Positions 46,985 through 59,038 are shown, counted from the stretch's first letter. The stretch is DNA of 64,000 nucleotides from an uncultured Gemmatimonadales bacterium (GCA_963844035.1 CAWJMT010000004.1:128001-192000); one strand, 5' to 3'. Program-made: numbers and translations. Notes: generated from the letters alone by a model not told the origin.

Positions 46985-48696
46985 CCGGCCGTCTCCTTCA
47001 CGACTTCTTCGAGGGAAGTAATGCCCCGCTTGACCTTCAGCATCCCGTCCATGCGCAGGGTGAGCATGCCGTCTTTCACCGCCTGTTGCTGGAGCTCCTC
47101 GGTCGACCCGCCTTTCAGCACCAGGCGCCGGAGGTTACTCGTCATCGACATCACCTCATAGAGCCCCTGCCGGCCCTTGTAGCCGGTCCCGCCGCAGGTA
47201 TCGCACCCCTGGCCCTTGAAGAAGGTAAGCTTGGCCGCGTCGGCGAGGGGAATCGAGAGCGCGTGCAGCTCGTCATCGGTGTATTTGTGCTCGGTTTTGC
47301 ACCCCGAGCAGATGCGCCGCACCAGCCGCTGCGCCACGATCAGGTTCACCGCGCTCGCCACGTTGAACGGCTCGATCCCCATGTCGATCATGCGTGTCAC
47401 GGTGGACGGCGCGTCGTTCGTATGCAGCGTGGAGAGCACCAGGTGGCCGGTGAGCGCGGCCTTGATCGCGATCGACCCCGTCTCCATGTCGCGGATCTCA
47501 CCCACCATGATGATGTTCGGGTCCTGCCGCAGGAACGCCTTCAACGCGGCCGCGAACGTCATCCCGACGTCGTTCTTGACCAGGACCTGGTTGATGCCCA
47601 TGAGGTTGTACTCAACCGGGTCCTCGGCGGTCATGATGTTGACTTCGATCGTGTTGATCGTCGACAACGCCGAATAGAGCGTCGTGGTCTTCCCGGAGCC
47701 GGTTGGACCGGTCACGAGCACCATCCCGTACGGATTCAGGATGGCCTTCAGCAGTTCTTGCTCGGCTTTCACCTCGAACCCGAACTTCTTCAGGTCGAGC
47801 GTCAGGTTGCCCTTGTCGAGAATCCGGAGCACGATCTTCTCGCCGAACAGCACGGGGAGCGTCGACACGCGGAAATCGATCACGCGCACGCCCATCTTCA
47901 GCTTGATGCGGCCGTCCTGCGGCACCCGCCGCTCGGCGATGTTCAAGGACGCCATGATCTTGACGCGCGAGGTCAGCGCGGCCCGCATCTTGATCGGCGG
48001 CTTCATGACCTCCTGCAGGGCACCGTCCACGCGGTAGCGCACGCGCATTTCGTGCTCGAACGGCTCGATATGGATATCGGAGGCGCCGCGCTTGACCGCG
48101 TCGGTGAGGAGCCCGTTGATCAGCTTGACCACCGGGGCGTCGTCCGCCAGGTCCTGCGCCTTGACGTCGTCATCCGTCGACTCCTCTACGACCTCAAGGT
48201 CCTCGGCGGCCTCCACGCTCCGCAGCAGGTTTTGCAGCTGCGCGTCCGACTGCTGGTAGTGGCGGTCGATGGCGTTGCGCAGCGTGTACTCCCCGGCGAT
48301 CACCGGGAACACGTCGCACCGCGTGATGAACTTGATGTCCTCGATGGCGGCGACGTTGTTCGGATCGGCGATCGCGATCGTCAGCGTCCGGCCCTCGCGC
48401 TTGAGGGGGAGGACGGTGTGCTTGATGGCGATATCGGGGGGGAGCAGCTTCAAAATCTTGGGATCGACCTCGAACCGGGAGAGGTCGACGGCGGGCATGC
48501 GATACTGGCGGGCCAGCATCTTGGTGACCTCGGTCTCTTCGATGAACCCGAGCTTCACCAACGTGTAGCCCAAACGCATCCCCGAGCTCTTTTGGTCGAG
48601 GAGCGCTTTCTTCAGCTGGTCCTGGGTGATGAGGCCCTCGCGGACGAGGATATCACCCAGCTTGTCCGTGGTGGCCGCTGCGGTCGCCGTATGCAA
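46981..48696 (-). CDS. pilB: Extension ATPase with MshEN N-terminus (start approximate)
   Basis: ASDIHIEP, GPTGSGKTTTLY, Zn tetracysteine and N-terminal KLGDILVREGLI...Q...RLG. Confidence 0.96.
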   Translation of the reverse strand: MHTATAAATTDKLGDILVREGLITQDQLKKALLDQKSSGMRLGYTLVKLGFIEETEVTKMLARQYRMPAVDLSRFEVDPKILKLLPPDIAIKHTVLPLKREGRTLTIAIADPNNVAAIEDIKFITRCDVFPVIAGEYTLRNAIDRHYQQSDAQLQNLLRSVEAAEDLEVVEESTDDDVKAQDLADDAPVVKLINGLLTDAVKRGASDIHIEPFEHEMRVRYRVDGALQEVMKPPIKMRAALTSRVKIMASLNIAERRVPQDGRIKLKMGVRVIDFRVSTLPVLFGEKIVLRILDKGNLTLDLKKFGFEVKAEQELLKAILNPYGMVLVTGPTGSGKTTTLYSALSTINTIEVNIMTAEDPVEYNLMGINQVLVKNDVGMTFAAALKAFLRQDPNIIMVGEIRDMETGSIAIKAALTGHLVLSTLHTNDAPSTVTRMIDMGIEPFNVASAVNLIVAQRLVRRICSGCKTEHKYTDDELHALSIPLADAAKLTFFKGQGCDTCGGTGYKGRQGLYEVMSMTSNLRRLVLKGGSTEELQQQAVKDGMLTLRMDGMLKVKRGITSLEEVVKETAG

Positions 48697-48742
48697 CTCG
48701 TTGAAATTGAACGACCTAAAATAGGAATCGGTGCTGGTGCGG

Positions 48743-49162
48743 TCAAGGCGGCGACGCTCTCGCCCCTGAAAATGTGACGAAAGGACGCACCGCCTCGAGG
48801 AGGCGGGGACCGACACCGGGCACGCTGTCCAGTCGCTCGAGTCGGCCGAACACACCGTGCTCGGTGCGCCAGGCGACGATCCGCTGCGCGACTGACGGGC
48901 CCACCCGCGGCAGCCGCGTGATCTCGGTCACGTCCGCTCGGTCCATGTCCACTAGGTCCCCCGGCGCGAGCGGCCGGGCGAGCCGCGCCGCGGTGCGCGC
49001 CACCTGTTGCAGACCGCTCGCGGATCCGTGCTGGGGCGTGTCGACTACGGCGACGAGCTGCACGTCGCCTGGTGCGGCGGCGCGCGGCGCGAGCATGTAC
49101 CGCACGCCGGCACCAGTCAGCGCCAGGAGGCTGAGGAACAGCGCGGCACGGCGGTCGTCCAT
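48743..49162 (-). CDS. ComEA-like HhH DNA-binding protein
   Basis: VDMDRA...LPRVGPSVAQRIVAWR...VPGVGP. Confidence 0.85.
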   Translation of the reverse strand: MDDRRAALFLSLLALTGAGVRYMLAPRAAAPGDVQLVAVVDTPQHGSASGLQQVARTAARLARPLAPGDLVDMDRADVTEITRLPRVGPSVAQRIVAWRTEHGVFGRLERLDSVPGVGPRLLEAVRPFVTFSGARASPP

Positions 49163-49232
49163 GGGGAGCGACGCTAGCACGGCGAACGGTGTGGCGGTGG
49201 GATCCGGAATTGCGCGGGAGGGGGCGAAAGAC

Positions 49233-49340
49233 AGACGCTGACGAGTCGCTACGACGCCAGGTCGCCTAGCGCTAGCGCTAGCGCTTGGCGTCTAGCGTCT
49301 TAGCGTCTTAGCGTCTTAGCGTCCTAGCGTCTTAGCGTCT
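49233..49340. repeat. Short tandem and inverted intergenic repeat
   Basis: (TAGCGTCT)x6 at 49293-49340 with one variant unit. (CTAGCG)x3 at 49266-49283. Degenerate inverted copies upstream. Confidence 0.85.
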
Positions 49341-49341
49341 T

Positions 49342-50238
49342 CTACCGCACCAGCGCCACCGCCACATCCCCGACGATCTGCAACGACGCCGCTGACACCT
49401 TATCGATCGTATCGTCGGTCGTGTGCCAGTACGGGTAGTCGAAATCGACCACGTCGATCGCGTGCACGCCCGCGCGCTGCAGTGCGACGTGGTCGTCGAT
49501 CAGCGTGTGCTTTACGCCAGGGAGGAACGACCGGCCGTACCCCAGCTCGCGCGCGATGCGCCACACGCGATCCACGACCTCGGGGGCGACGGCCTGCGAG
49601 TTGCCCTCGTAGTAGATCTCCAGGTTCTTGTCGGCCACCATGTCGAACAGCACGGCGAACAACGGTGGGTATCCGGGCGGCTGGTGCGCCGCGAAGTAGC
49701 GCGACCCAATCAGCGCCTCGGTCGAGTCGGAGAAGTTGCCGTAGTCCTCCCCGTCCACGAAGAGCAGGTCCACGCCGAGCCCTGGAGCCTTGGCCTTGAG
49801 CGCGTCCGCGACGCCGAGCAGGACGGCGACCCCGGAGGCACCGTCGTTGGCACCCGGCACCGGCAGGCGTTGGGCGGCACGGCTGGCGCTCTGGTCCGCG
49901 TGCGGCCGTGTGTCCCAGTGTGCCAGGAACAGGACGCGCTCGGCGGCCTGCGGGCGGAACCGCGCCAGGAAGTTCCGCAACCGCAACGTCTCGCCGCGGC
50001 GCGTCCGGTGGACGAACGGGGTGACGATGACCGTGTCCGCGGTGGCCTGCAGCCGGGTGAGGATCCAGTCGCCGGTTTGCTCGTGCGGCGGCGTATTGGG
50101 AATGCGGGGGCCGAAGGAGACCTGCTGCTGGAGGTAGGTGAACGCCCGCTCGCCGTCGAACTCGTGCCGGCGCGCTCCGGACCCCGCCTGGCATGCCAGC
50201 AACGGCAACAGGCAGGCGGCCCATCGAGCGCCGATCAC
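49342..50238 (-). CDS. M28 family lipoprotein, glutaminyl cyclase-like
   Basis: Lipobox LLA-C; AHWDTRPHAD, GANDGASG, DGEDYG, DMV, IDDH and YWHT. GTGA overlap with sprA. Confidence 0.8.
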   Translation of the reverse strand: MIGARWAACLLPLLACQAGSGARRHEFDGERAFTYLQQQVSFGPRIPNTPPHEQTGDWILTRLQATADTVIVTPFVHRTRRGETLRLRNFLARFRPQAAERVLFLAHWDTRPHADQSASRAAQRLPVPGANDGASGVAVLLGVADALKAKAPGLGVDLLFVDGEDYGNFSDSTEALIGSRYFAAHQPPGYPPLFAVLFDMVADKNLEIYYEGNSQAVAPEVVDRVWRIARELGYGRSFLPGVKHTLIDDHVALQRAGVHAIDVVDFDYPYWHTTDDTIDKVSAASLQIVGDVAVALVR

Positions 50239-53200
50239 CGGATCTGCCCCACGCTCGTCGAGAGATTCACGAACGCCGTGATCACGAGCTGCGCCGTCTT
50301 GTGGTTCGTCTGCCGGTCGTCGTTCACCACGTAGCCCATCTGGAACCCCGCGCTGAGGGAAGGGGGAAAGTCCGTGTCGAAAGTAACCTGGGTCTGGGTC
50401 TGACGGCTGTCCACGTAGGGAACGCACGTCGCCTGCCCGGCCGACTGGAGGCACACCGCGTTCCGGCTCGTCGTGTAGTGCGCCGTGGCGCGAATCATGT
50501 TCTTGAGCCGCGCAATGCGCGCGGGCGGGCGGAACTGAAAGTTGAGGCCGGCACCCGCCTGGTTGCGGGTCGTGCGGAACAGGTTGCCCGCGTTGATCGC
50601 GTCGCTCGTGATCTCGGTGAGGTCGAACGAGGTCAAGACCCCCGCCGGCCAGGTGACGGCGATCGACGGCGAGATGTTTCGCTCGGTCGTCTGCGATGAC
50701 GCCGCCCCCGGGGTCCCGCTGAACACGAACTGCGCGCTGGTTGCCTCGCGACGCCGATAGGTGAAGCGGGCGGTGAACCCGCGGATCACCCGGCCGACCG
50801 ACGTACGCGCCGGTGTCACGTTCCAGCTCGCGACCGCGGAAGGCCATTCCACGCTGTTCGTTTGCAGCGGGACCTGTTCGTCGGCGCGCAGCAACCAGGT
50901 CACGCCCCGGGTGTGCTGGTAGTTGGTACTCACGCGCAAATTCAGGGGGAGCAGCAGGGTGGCGGCGGCGTTGACGTTCAGGTTGTCGGACGCCGACCCG
51001 GCCGGGACACCGCTCTGGCTGAGAAAGCTCCCGAAGCCACCGGTGGCAAACTGGTAGCCGAGCGAAGGAACGAAGGGCGCGTCGAAGTAGGTCGAGCCGT
51101 AGGAGCGCCCGTACGAGACGTCGAGGTTCGCCAGGCGCCCGAACAACCGGGCGAGCGAGGCGCTGTCCCCGAACACGCGCTGACCGAGGCGGCGGGCGTC
51201 GAGCTGCGCACCCACGTCCACGCGCCGGGAATTGGTGAAGGCGACCGGCATCGCGAACCCGGCACTGTCCACGATGTCCGGGACGGGAGCACGCGCGTTC
51301 GGGTCCCGGTTGAACGTGAAGAAGGTTGCCAGGGTGAACCGCGGCCGCAGCCAGGTCACGAGGCGCGGGGTCGCGCCGAGGAACGTCGTCAGGTCCCGCT
51401 GCCGCTCGAACCCGGCGTCCCGCCCCAGGAAGCTGCCGCTCTCCTGCTGGATCAGCTGCCCCATGATCGTCGAGTCCCCGTAGTCGCGGAGATCGCGCAG
51501 CGACGCGAGCGACATGCGCAGCTGCAGGCCGGTGAGCGGCACGAGATCCACGTTGCCCGAGTTGCGCCACACTTTGCTCTGGGAGATCGCCGGGGCCACC
51601 AAGGTGTCGGAGTCCCGCGCGATCGGGACGGCGTAGGTGGAGCGCGACCCATCGGACCCCGCGAGGCTCGACTGGAGCCGCAGCGAGGTCGGGGTGATAC
51701 GCACCGGCCCCAGGTACTTCTTGGCGGGCGCGAGCGCGTAGTCGATGTTGCCGACATAGCTCGAGGCATTCGCGAGCGACAGCTCCGTACGCCCGCTCCC
51801 GCTGGTGGCCCCTCCCGACAGGCTGACCGGGTCCACCAGGTGCCGCAGGAGGGGGTTGGAGGAGCGTCGGATGTGCCGCAGCGACAGCGCGTAGCTCGTC
51901 GCGGCGCTCTGGGGCGTGCGCAGCCCCTGCAGCTCGGCGGTCTCGATGTCGGTGCCCCCGAGGTAGAACGGCGCGCTGGACGTCGTCACGTGGCGCACCG
52001 ATAGCGGCATCGCGATTCCCCAGCGCGTCGGGCAGGAACCGACTGAGCTGGACGGTCCCGGCCATCATGAGGGCGTTGTTCGTCGCGTAGCTCGGGTCTT
52101 CGGTGAGCTGGCGGAACTGGCCGTCCCGCCGTGAGTAGTTGAGCGTGAAGTCCCCGACGTTGGCTGCGGAGAGATTCAGATCGACGGCCTCGGCGGTCCC
52201 GACGTCCTGCACGACGTCGGTCAGGCGGATGTCGTCAATCCACAGCTCCGCCTGGTCGATCACCGTGCGCTCGTCCACGCGCCAGATCCCCCCCGCGAGC
52301 TCCTGGACCGCTGCGAGGTTGGGCGGCGCGGTGGCCGGGTCCCGCACGTGCACGATGTACTCCCCATCGCACATCACGTACGCGGAGTCACGCGGCACCA
52401 GCGTGGAGTCCGGGCACCCGGCGTACACCTGGGGCGGATCGCCCAGCAGCCATGCCTGCTCGATGCGCGCCCGCAGGGCAAGCCAGCGGCTGAAATCGAC
52501 CACCACCTCGGGCTCCCAGGTGGTCGTGCGCGCCGGGACGTGATAGAAATAGAAATTGTCCTCGTTCTTCCCCACCTTCACGTAGAAATGCAGATCCTCC
52601 TCCTCCCACCCTGCACCGCGGCCCCGGGCCCACACGCGCAGCTGACGGTACTTGAGGAAATTCTTGTCACCCACGGTGGTAAACTGGTTGAACGCTTCGG
52701 CGCGCTGACCGCGCACCAGCCCGCTCGCCAGCAGGCGCAGCGAGCGCTCGTTGATCTGGGTGCTGCCGATCTGGACGTTCGCGTCCACGCGTGACGCCTC
52801 GTCGCCGACGCCGGGCGGCGAGGTGTAGCCCAGGTCGCGGTTTTCCGTGCTCACGACCGACGCGGTCACGTCGCCCACGCCCGTGCCCTCGCTGCCCGCG
52901 AGCCCGGGGATCGGCGTCGCGGCGCGCTTGAGCCAGGTCGCCCCCACCAGGCGCACCCGGGAGAGGCCGAAGAACACCTGGGGGTCCGGCTGGCCGGGCG
53001 GCGCGGTCTGCGGCGCGACGACGGTGATGCGCAGGGCCTGGACCTGGCGCGGCGAAGGCGTGCCCTGGAGCAGCGTATCGGCGCGGAACGGGATGCGGTA
53101 CAGGCGCCACCCGGCCGACCCGTCGGGATTCCCCAGGCTGTCCAGCACGGGAACCATCCCGCCGTCGCGCACGTAGAGGGCATCGTCGCCGATCGGAAAC

Positions 53201-56200
53201 ACGTAGCGGACGAAGCTCTCCGCCGTGCGCACGCCCGCCGCGGAGTCGAGCTGGAAGTCGCCGTCCAGATCCTCGCTGTCGATGGCGTCGTTGTTGCGCC
53301 CGCAGCGTGATCGGAGGTCCCCGAAGGCATAACTCGTGAGCGCGCCGTTCGTGGCGGCGCTGCATAGCGGGAGGGTGTCGACGCCCGAGCCTTTCCCGGC
53401 GTCCCAGATCCCGTCCACGACGCGATCGCTGAGAATGCCCACGTCGTTGACGGCGGCGCTCCAGGAGCGGGTGAGCGCTTCGGATTCGGTGTTGAGGCCG
53501 CCGCGGCCCGCCTCGCGGCGGCCGGCGTAGGTCGTGTCCCCTGCGGGGCTGACGGTCAGGGTTTCGGGCACAAACGCCGCCGCGTCTTCGAACACCGATC
53601 CGAAATCGAGCAGCAGCGCGGTGTTGTTGGCCTTGGCCGTGCGATGGTTGTCCTCCCACACCCAGAGCTCGAGGTATTCCACGCGCGACAGATCGATTCC
53701 GGTGGGGGAGAGCACCTGCGTGATGGAACGCCAGCGGGGGCCGTCCCGGTGGGGACGCACCCAGTTGACCGCACCGGTGCGCGAATTGGCCAGCCCCAGC
53801 ACCGTATCGGGCTTCATCATGATCCAGAGCGCAGGCTCAGCCGATTGCGTCTGCCCCACCGTGACGATCGTCGGATCGATCTGCTGAGCGTAGAACTGGA
53901 TCGGCGTGCCGTTCCGGTTGAAGGGCAGGCTCTGCCACGTGAGCGCCGCGGCGTTGCCGGTGTCGAAGGGGACGGTCGCGAACCCGAACGGCTCGGCGCC
54001 GCGGGTGGTCGTCGGCTGGCTGCCCCAGTGCCAGCCGTTGTCCACGAGCGACACAAAGCGCCCGGCCTCCGCTTCGAAGTCGTCGACAGACGCTTCCCCC
54101 AGCCGGTTGGGGCGCGGTCGCGACAACGCCGCCTCGGCCGAGACGTTGAGGAACGAGGGCGCGTCGGTGTGGATGCCCGGGAGCGCGTCGAGCAGGCGCG
54201 TGATCCACGTGGGCTTGAAGTGCAGCTCGGTGGTGATCCCACCGATGAAACTGGACGACGGCTCCGAGCCGAGCGGCGGCCGGGTGAACGCACTCTGCTG
54301 CCTCTGGAACAGGCCGGTCAGGTTGACGTTCCCACGCTCGCCGAGATCGTAGCGGGCGGCGATGCCGTAGATGGCCGTGGGCGCCACGGCAAAGGCCGCG
54401 CGCTCCTCGAATTGGGCCCGCACCTGCGTGCTGCCCGCGGCGAACAGCGAATCGGCGCCGATGAACAGTACGGTGCCCGACGGATAGTCGATGGTGTAGT
54501 CGGTGCCGCGGGTGAGGAGCCGGGTGCCCACGTAGATCCGCTCGCTCCCCTCGCGAATCTGGACGCTGTTCAGCTCGAGCGTGCCGCGGTCTCCGGCCAG
54601 CGACACGTTCGCGTGCGCGCGCAGGCTGAAAACCGACGGCGGCGCCTGGGTGGCCAGCAACGTGACCGGTGTGCGGTACAGCGAATCGTTGCGCTCCGTG
54701 GGCCCCAGCAGGGTGGAGTCCGCGAACGGGGTGAGGTGCGGGAATACGACGAAATAGTCCCGTACCGGCGCGCCCTGCTGCGGGTCGCGCGCGCGCGGGA
54801 AGACCCGGTTGTACTCGTCCAGCACCGTGGCGTCGGACGCCAGCGCGAGCCCGAGCCGGGCCAGGTAGGTCTCGTCGGTCGACACCGTCCGCTCGCGCTG
54901 GTTGACCGTCAGCGCGAGGCGCACCGATTCCCGGATGATTTCGCTGCCACCGATCCGGTAGGCGCTGCGGATCTCGAACCGGAACGACGGCAGGGCCGTG
55001 GTGACGCCGGGACGGGGATCGTAGACGAGCCGCAGCGTGTCAACGACGGTCGGATCGGGGTTGGCCACGATCGGGAACGTCCCGACGCACGGGAGGGTCG
55101 CGCTGCACCCGGTCTGCCCGACCGGGACGTAGGACACGGCGAGGTAGTCGTTCAGGTCCAGACGGTTGGCGAGCGCGAACCATACGCCGCTCGGATCGAC
55201 GTAGTAATCCTTGCCCTCCTGCAGCACCTCCCACTGAAACGGACCGGCGCGCTGCACCGAGCAGTCCACCGCTTGCGCCGGTCCCACGCCGCACGCCGCG
55301 GCCCGGACGCCGCCGATGTTCTGATTCGCTACCGAGGTGGGAGACACGGCCCGCAGGCGGTACACCCGCAGGCTGCCCACCCGGAGCGCCGGGGGAACCT
55401 GCACCGGCGACACGTTGAGCACGTCGACGGCTGGATAACCGGCGATGGCGGCCGGGTCCACCACGAAGAAGAACCGGCCGGGCTCGTAGTCGAGGTCGCG
55501 CGCCACGCGGTCGACGGGCTGCGTGTTGGTCTCGCCGATCGTGTAGGTGCGATCCTGCACGATGCTGCCCTTCTGCTGCGCGAAGATCCCGCGCAGCTCC
55601 AGCGGACCGATCTGCGCGACCCCCTGCACGCCGAAATTGTTCGCCGGGATCGCCGCCGTGATGAAGCGGGAGCGCGGCATCTGGAACGTCACATTGCCCA
55701 CCTCCACACGGCGCACGACTTCGTCTTCGAGTCCTTCGTACCACACCTGAATGTTGTTGTTGGCGTCGAACTCGCGCTCGCTGTCGAAGTCCACGCTCAC
55801 GTGCAGGCGCTGCGCCACGGTGCCGCCGGTGCGGATCGCGTATTGCGGGTTGGGCGTGATCGTCGGGAATCCTGCGTTGCAGCCGGACAGCGCTTGCTGT
55901 TGGTCGAACGCGGTGCACTGCAGGTTGCGGAACTGATCGGCCTTCATCTCGAACCGCAGGTTGAGCTGCATGCCGATGTCCGCGTATTGCCCGAGCGGTC
56001 CCGGGCGGCGCAGGGGCGGAGCGGGAAGCGGCGGTGCGGCCCCGGTGTCGGCAGCCAGCAGAACAACGGGCGCGGGGGTGAGGCCGCGCGACAGCGTCGC
56101 GCGCAGGCGCGTTTCCCACGCAGCCGCGACGAGGGCGGGTGTGGTCCGGGGTCCGAAACGTCCGCCGGGCGCGAGCGCGGCGTTGTGTGGGGCCCCGATG

Positions 56201-56322
56201 GGGGCAAAGCCGAACCCGGCGCTGAACCGCGGGACCGTGTCGTCCGCAGCTCGATCCTGCGCGTGGACCTGGGGTACGACGAGCAACAGGGCGAGAAAAC
56301 CGGCCAGGGTGGGTCGCCGCAT
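50235..56322 (-). CDS. sprA: SprA-like giant outer-membrane beta-barrel, about 2030 aa (indel near 52020)
   Basis: Signal peptide; VDFDSEREFDANNNIQVWYEGLEDE...EVGNVTF, GSERI...LTRGTDYTIDY, SEDLDGD, WRLYRIP, INERSL and ELWIDDIRL. Confidence 0.82.
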
Positions 56323-56352
56323 CCCTTGTAGAGACGTGGAGGTGCGAATATA

Positions 56353-57927
56353 ATGGCGCGACCGACCGTGCGCATCCTCAGCCGCTACCTGTTGCGCCAG
56401 CACATCCCGCCGCTGGTGTTCGCGCTCGCCGCGCTCACGAGTTTTCTGCTGATTCAGCAAATCGCGAAGCAGCTCGGAAACCTGGTTGGCAAGGGTCTCC
56501 CCCCCGGCATCATCATTCAAGTGTTCGCGCTGTCGATTCCGTTCATCGTCGCCACCACGCTCCCCATGGCCGTGCTGGTGGCCGTCCTGTATGCGTTCAC
56601 CAACCTCGCGGCCGGCAACGAAATCACGGCCATGAAGGCCGGCGGCGTCAGTGTCGGGAAGTTACTCGCGCCTGTGCTGGGTGGCGCGACCTTCGTGGCC
56701 TGCATCGCGTTCGTGTGGAACGACCAGGTCCTGCCCCGCTCGAATCATTCGCTTCGCGTGCTGCTGATGGACATCCAGCGCAAGAAGCCCTCGTTCACCC
56801 TGAGGGAGCAGATCATCAACGAGGTGGTCGGGGGCCAGTTCTTCCTGCGCGCCGCGCGCATCGATCCCGCGACCGATAAACTGAAGGACGTGACGATTTA
56901 CGACCTGGAGGATGCCGAGCGCCGCCGCATCATCAGCGCCGACAGCGGGCAGATTGCGTACACCCCCGGCGGCAAGGACCTGTACCTGACGCTGCGCGAC
57001 GGCGACATCCGGCAGGTCGATCGCACCGACCCGACCCACTTCAATCGCACATTTTACCGCGCGAATCGGATCCGCGTCGCCGGCATCGGTAACACGCTGG
57101 AACGCACCGAGCGTGACACGTACCGGTCCGATCGTGAGATGAGCGTGTGCGAGATGCAGACGGTCGTACGGGAGACGTCGCGACGATGTGAGGCACGCCA
57201 GGCGCGAGCTGACGCGCACGGTCCGCAACGATCTGCGGCGCCTCGCCGGGCTCTCGCCCCTGGAGATCCCGCCCGATCCAGGCGGGCGATGCGACGCCGC
57301 CCGGCGTATACTGCCGTCTGTTGCCCCACCTGACCCGCTGGCTCACGCCCGACTCCGCGCAGGCGCAGACGCCCGCGCGGCGCCCGTCACCACGGCACCA
57401 GGCACAGCAGCGCGCGTCACCACGGCACACGACACCGCGCCCCCGTCGCCGCAGGCGTCCACAGCGGTCACCGACACGCCGCCCGCTTTTCCGCGGGTAC
57501 GCCCGGACATGATCACCTCGGGTGTCGTCGACCAGCGCGCGGGCCCGGATCGAGGTGGCGCAGGACCGGCGCGCGATGTACGAGATCGAAATCCACAAGA
57601 AGCTCGCGTTGGCCGTGGCCTGCATCGTGTTCGCTCTGCTCGGCGTGCCCATCGCGATCCACTTTCCCCGCGGCGGGATCGGGCTCGTGATCGGGATGAG
57701 CCTGGGCGTGTTCACGGTCTACTATGTCGGGTTGATCGGCGGGGAGGAGCTGGGCAATCGCCGCGTGGTGCCGCCGGTGCTCGCCATGTGGAGCGCGAAC
57801 GTCCTGTTCACGATGGTCGGCCTGGCGGCGCTCGCGCTGACACGGCGTCCCGCTCACAGCATCGCGGGGCTGAGGTGGAGCGACCTGCTCGACGTGTGCT
57901 GCGCCCATACGCCGGCGCCGCCGATGA
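56353..57927 (+). CDS. lptF: LptF-family permease (several indels; true start may be GTG 56368)
   Basis: RILSRYLL, LPMAVL, NEITAMKAGGVS and EIHKKLALAVAC. Confidence 0.8.
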
Positions 57928-59017
57928 AGACGCTCGACCGCTACGTATTGCGCGAGTGGGTCAAGATCCTGGTGCTGGCGGAGGTGGGGTTCCCGCTGGT
58001 CGTGATCATCATCGATCTGACCGACAAGCTGGGACAGTATCTGAGCCGCGGGGTGGCGAAAGCAGGCGCTCGCCCTGTCCTACGTGTACTACCTGCCCGA
58101 AGTCATGTTCCTGGTGCTGCCCGCGGCCGTGTTGTTCGCCACCGTCTTCACCATCAGCCCCATGGGCCGGCACTCGGAGATCACGGCGGCGAAGGCGTCG
58201 GGGGTGTCGTTCTTCCGGCTGGCGCGACCCGTGTTCGCGGCCGCGGGCGCAGCGGTCGCACTGGGCATCCTGCTCGGGGAGATGGCCCCCGTCGGCACAC
58301 TCCGCCGGGCCGAGCTGCTGGGCAATCGGCCGGTGCACTCGACGGCCACGCGGTCGAATTTCGTGTACCGCGCGGACGGCGGCTGGGTGTATGCCATACG
58401 GGCGCTCGATATCGGGTCGGGTCTGATGCAGGACCTGATCATGGAGCAAGAAGGAAGCGGACCCGAATTCCCCACCATCGACGTGGCCGCGTCGCGCGCC
58501 ACGTACGACACCAGCAAGAAAGCCCGACGGTCGCGGCGGCTGGACGCTGCGGGGTGGCGCGGTGCGCTACCTGCTCGGGCCGACGCGGGAAGTGGCGTTC
58601 ACCTTCGATTCGCTGCGGATTCGCGCGCTCAAGGAGCAGCCCGTCGATCTGCTCGCCGAACCCAAGGCTCCGGACGAGATGCGCTACGCCGAGCTGGGGC
58701 GTTACGTCGACGCGCTGGGCCGCACCGGGTCCGATACCAAGAAGCTGCGGGTCGAGCGCGCGCTCAAGCTCGCGGTCCCATTCACCTGCATCGTGGTGGC
58801 GCTGTTCGGGGCACCGCTGTCCATCGCCGGCCCCCGCTCCGGGACCGCCTGGGGCGTCGCGGTCGGGCTCGGCACCACCCTGGTGTTTCTCGTGCTGGTG
58901 CAGCTCACCAAGGCCATCGGCGCGGGAGGGGTGCTGCCGCCGCTGGTCGCGGCGTGGCTACCGAATGTCATGTTTGGGAGTGCCGCGCTTTGGCTCCTGA
59001 AAAAAACGCGCACGTAA
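57924..59017 (+). CDS. lptG: LptG-family permease (indels near 58070 and 58550)
   Basis: MKTLDRYVLRE, SEITAAKASGVS, KLAVPF and AAWLPN. Confidence 0.82.
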
Positions 59018-59038
59018 CCCGGGGCGTTACGCCCCGGG
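59018..59038. terminator. Hairpin between convergent genes
   Basis: CCCGGGGCG-TTA-CGCCCCGGG. Confidence 0.5.

Noticed and set aside
49266..49340. CRISPR array
   Set aside because: The units are 6-8 bp with no spacers and there are no cas genes.
53644..56331. Long antisense ORFs (this one, 561..2012, 40225..42120, 47086..48777 and others)
   Set aside because: They are shadow ORFs of high-GC genes with no recognisable motifs.
49342..56520. 2392-aa SprA-peptidase fusion ORF
   Set aside because: This is an indel artefact. The SprA C-terminus is in ORF 50235..52010 and the M28 gene has its own signal peptide.
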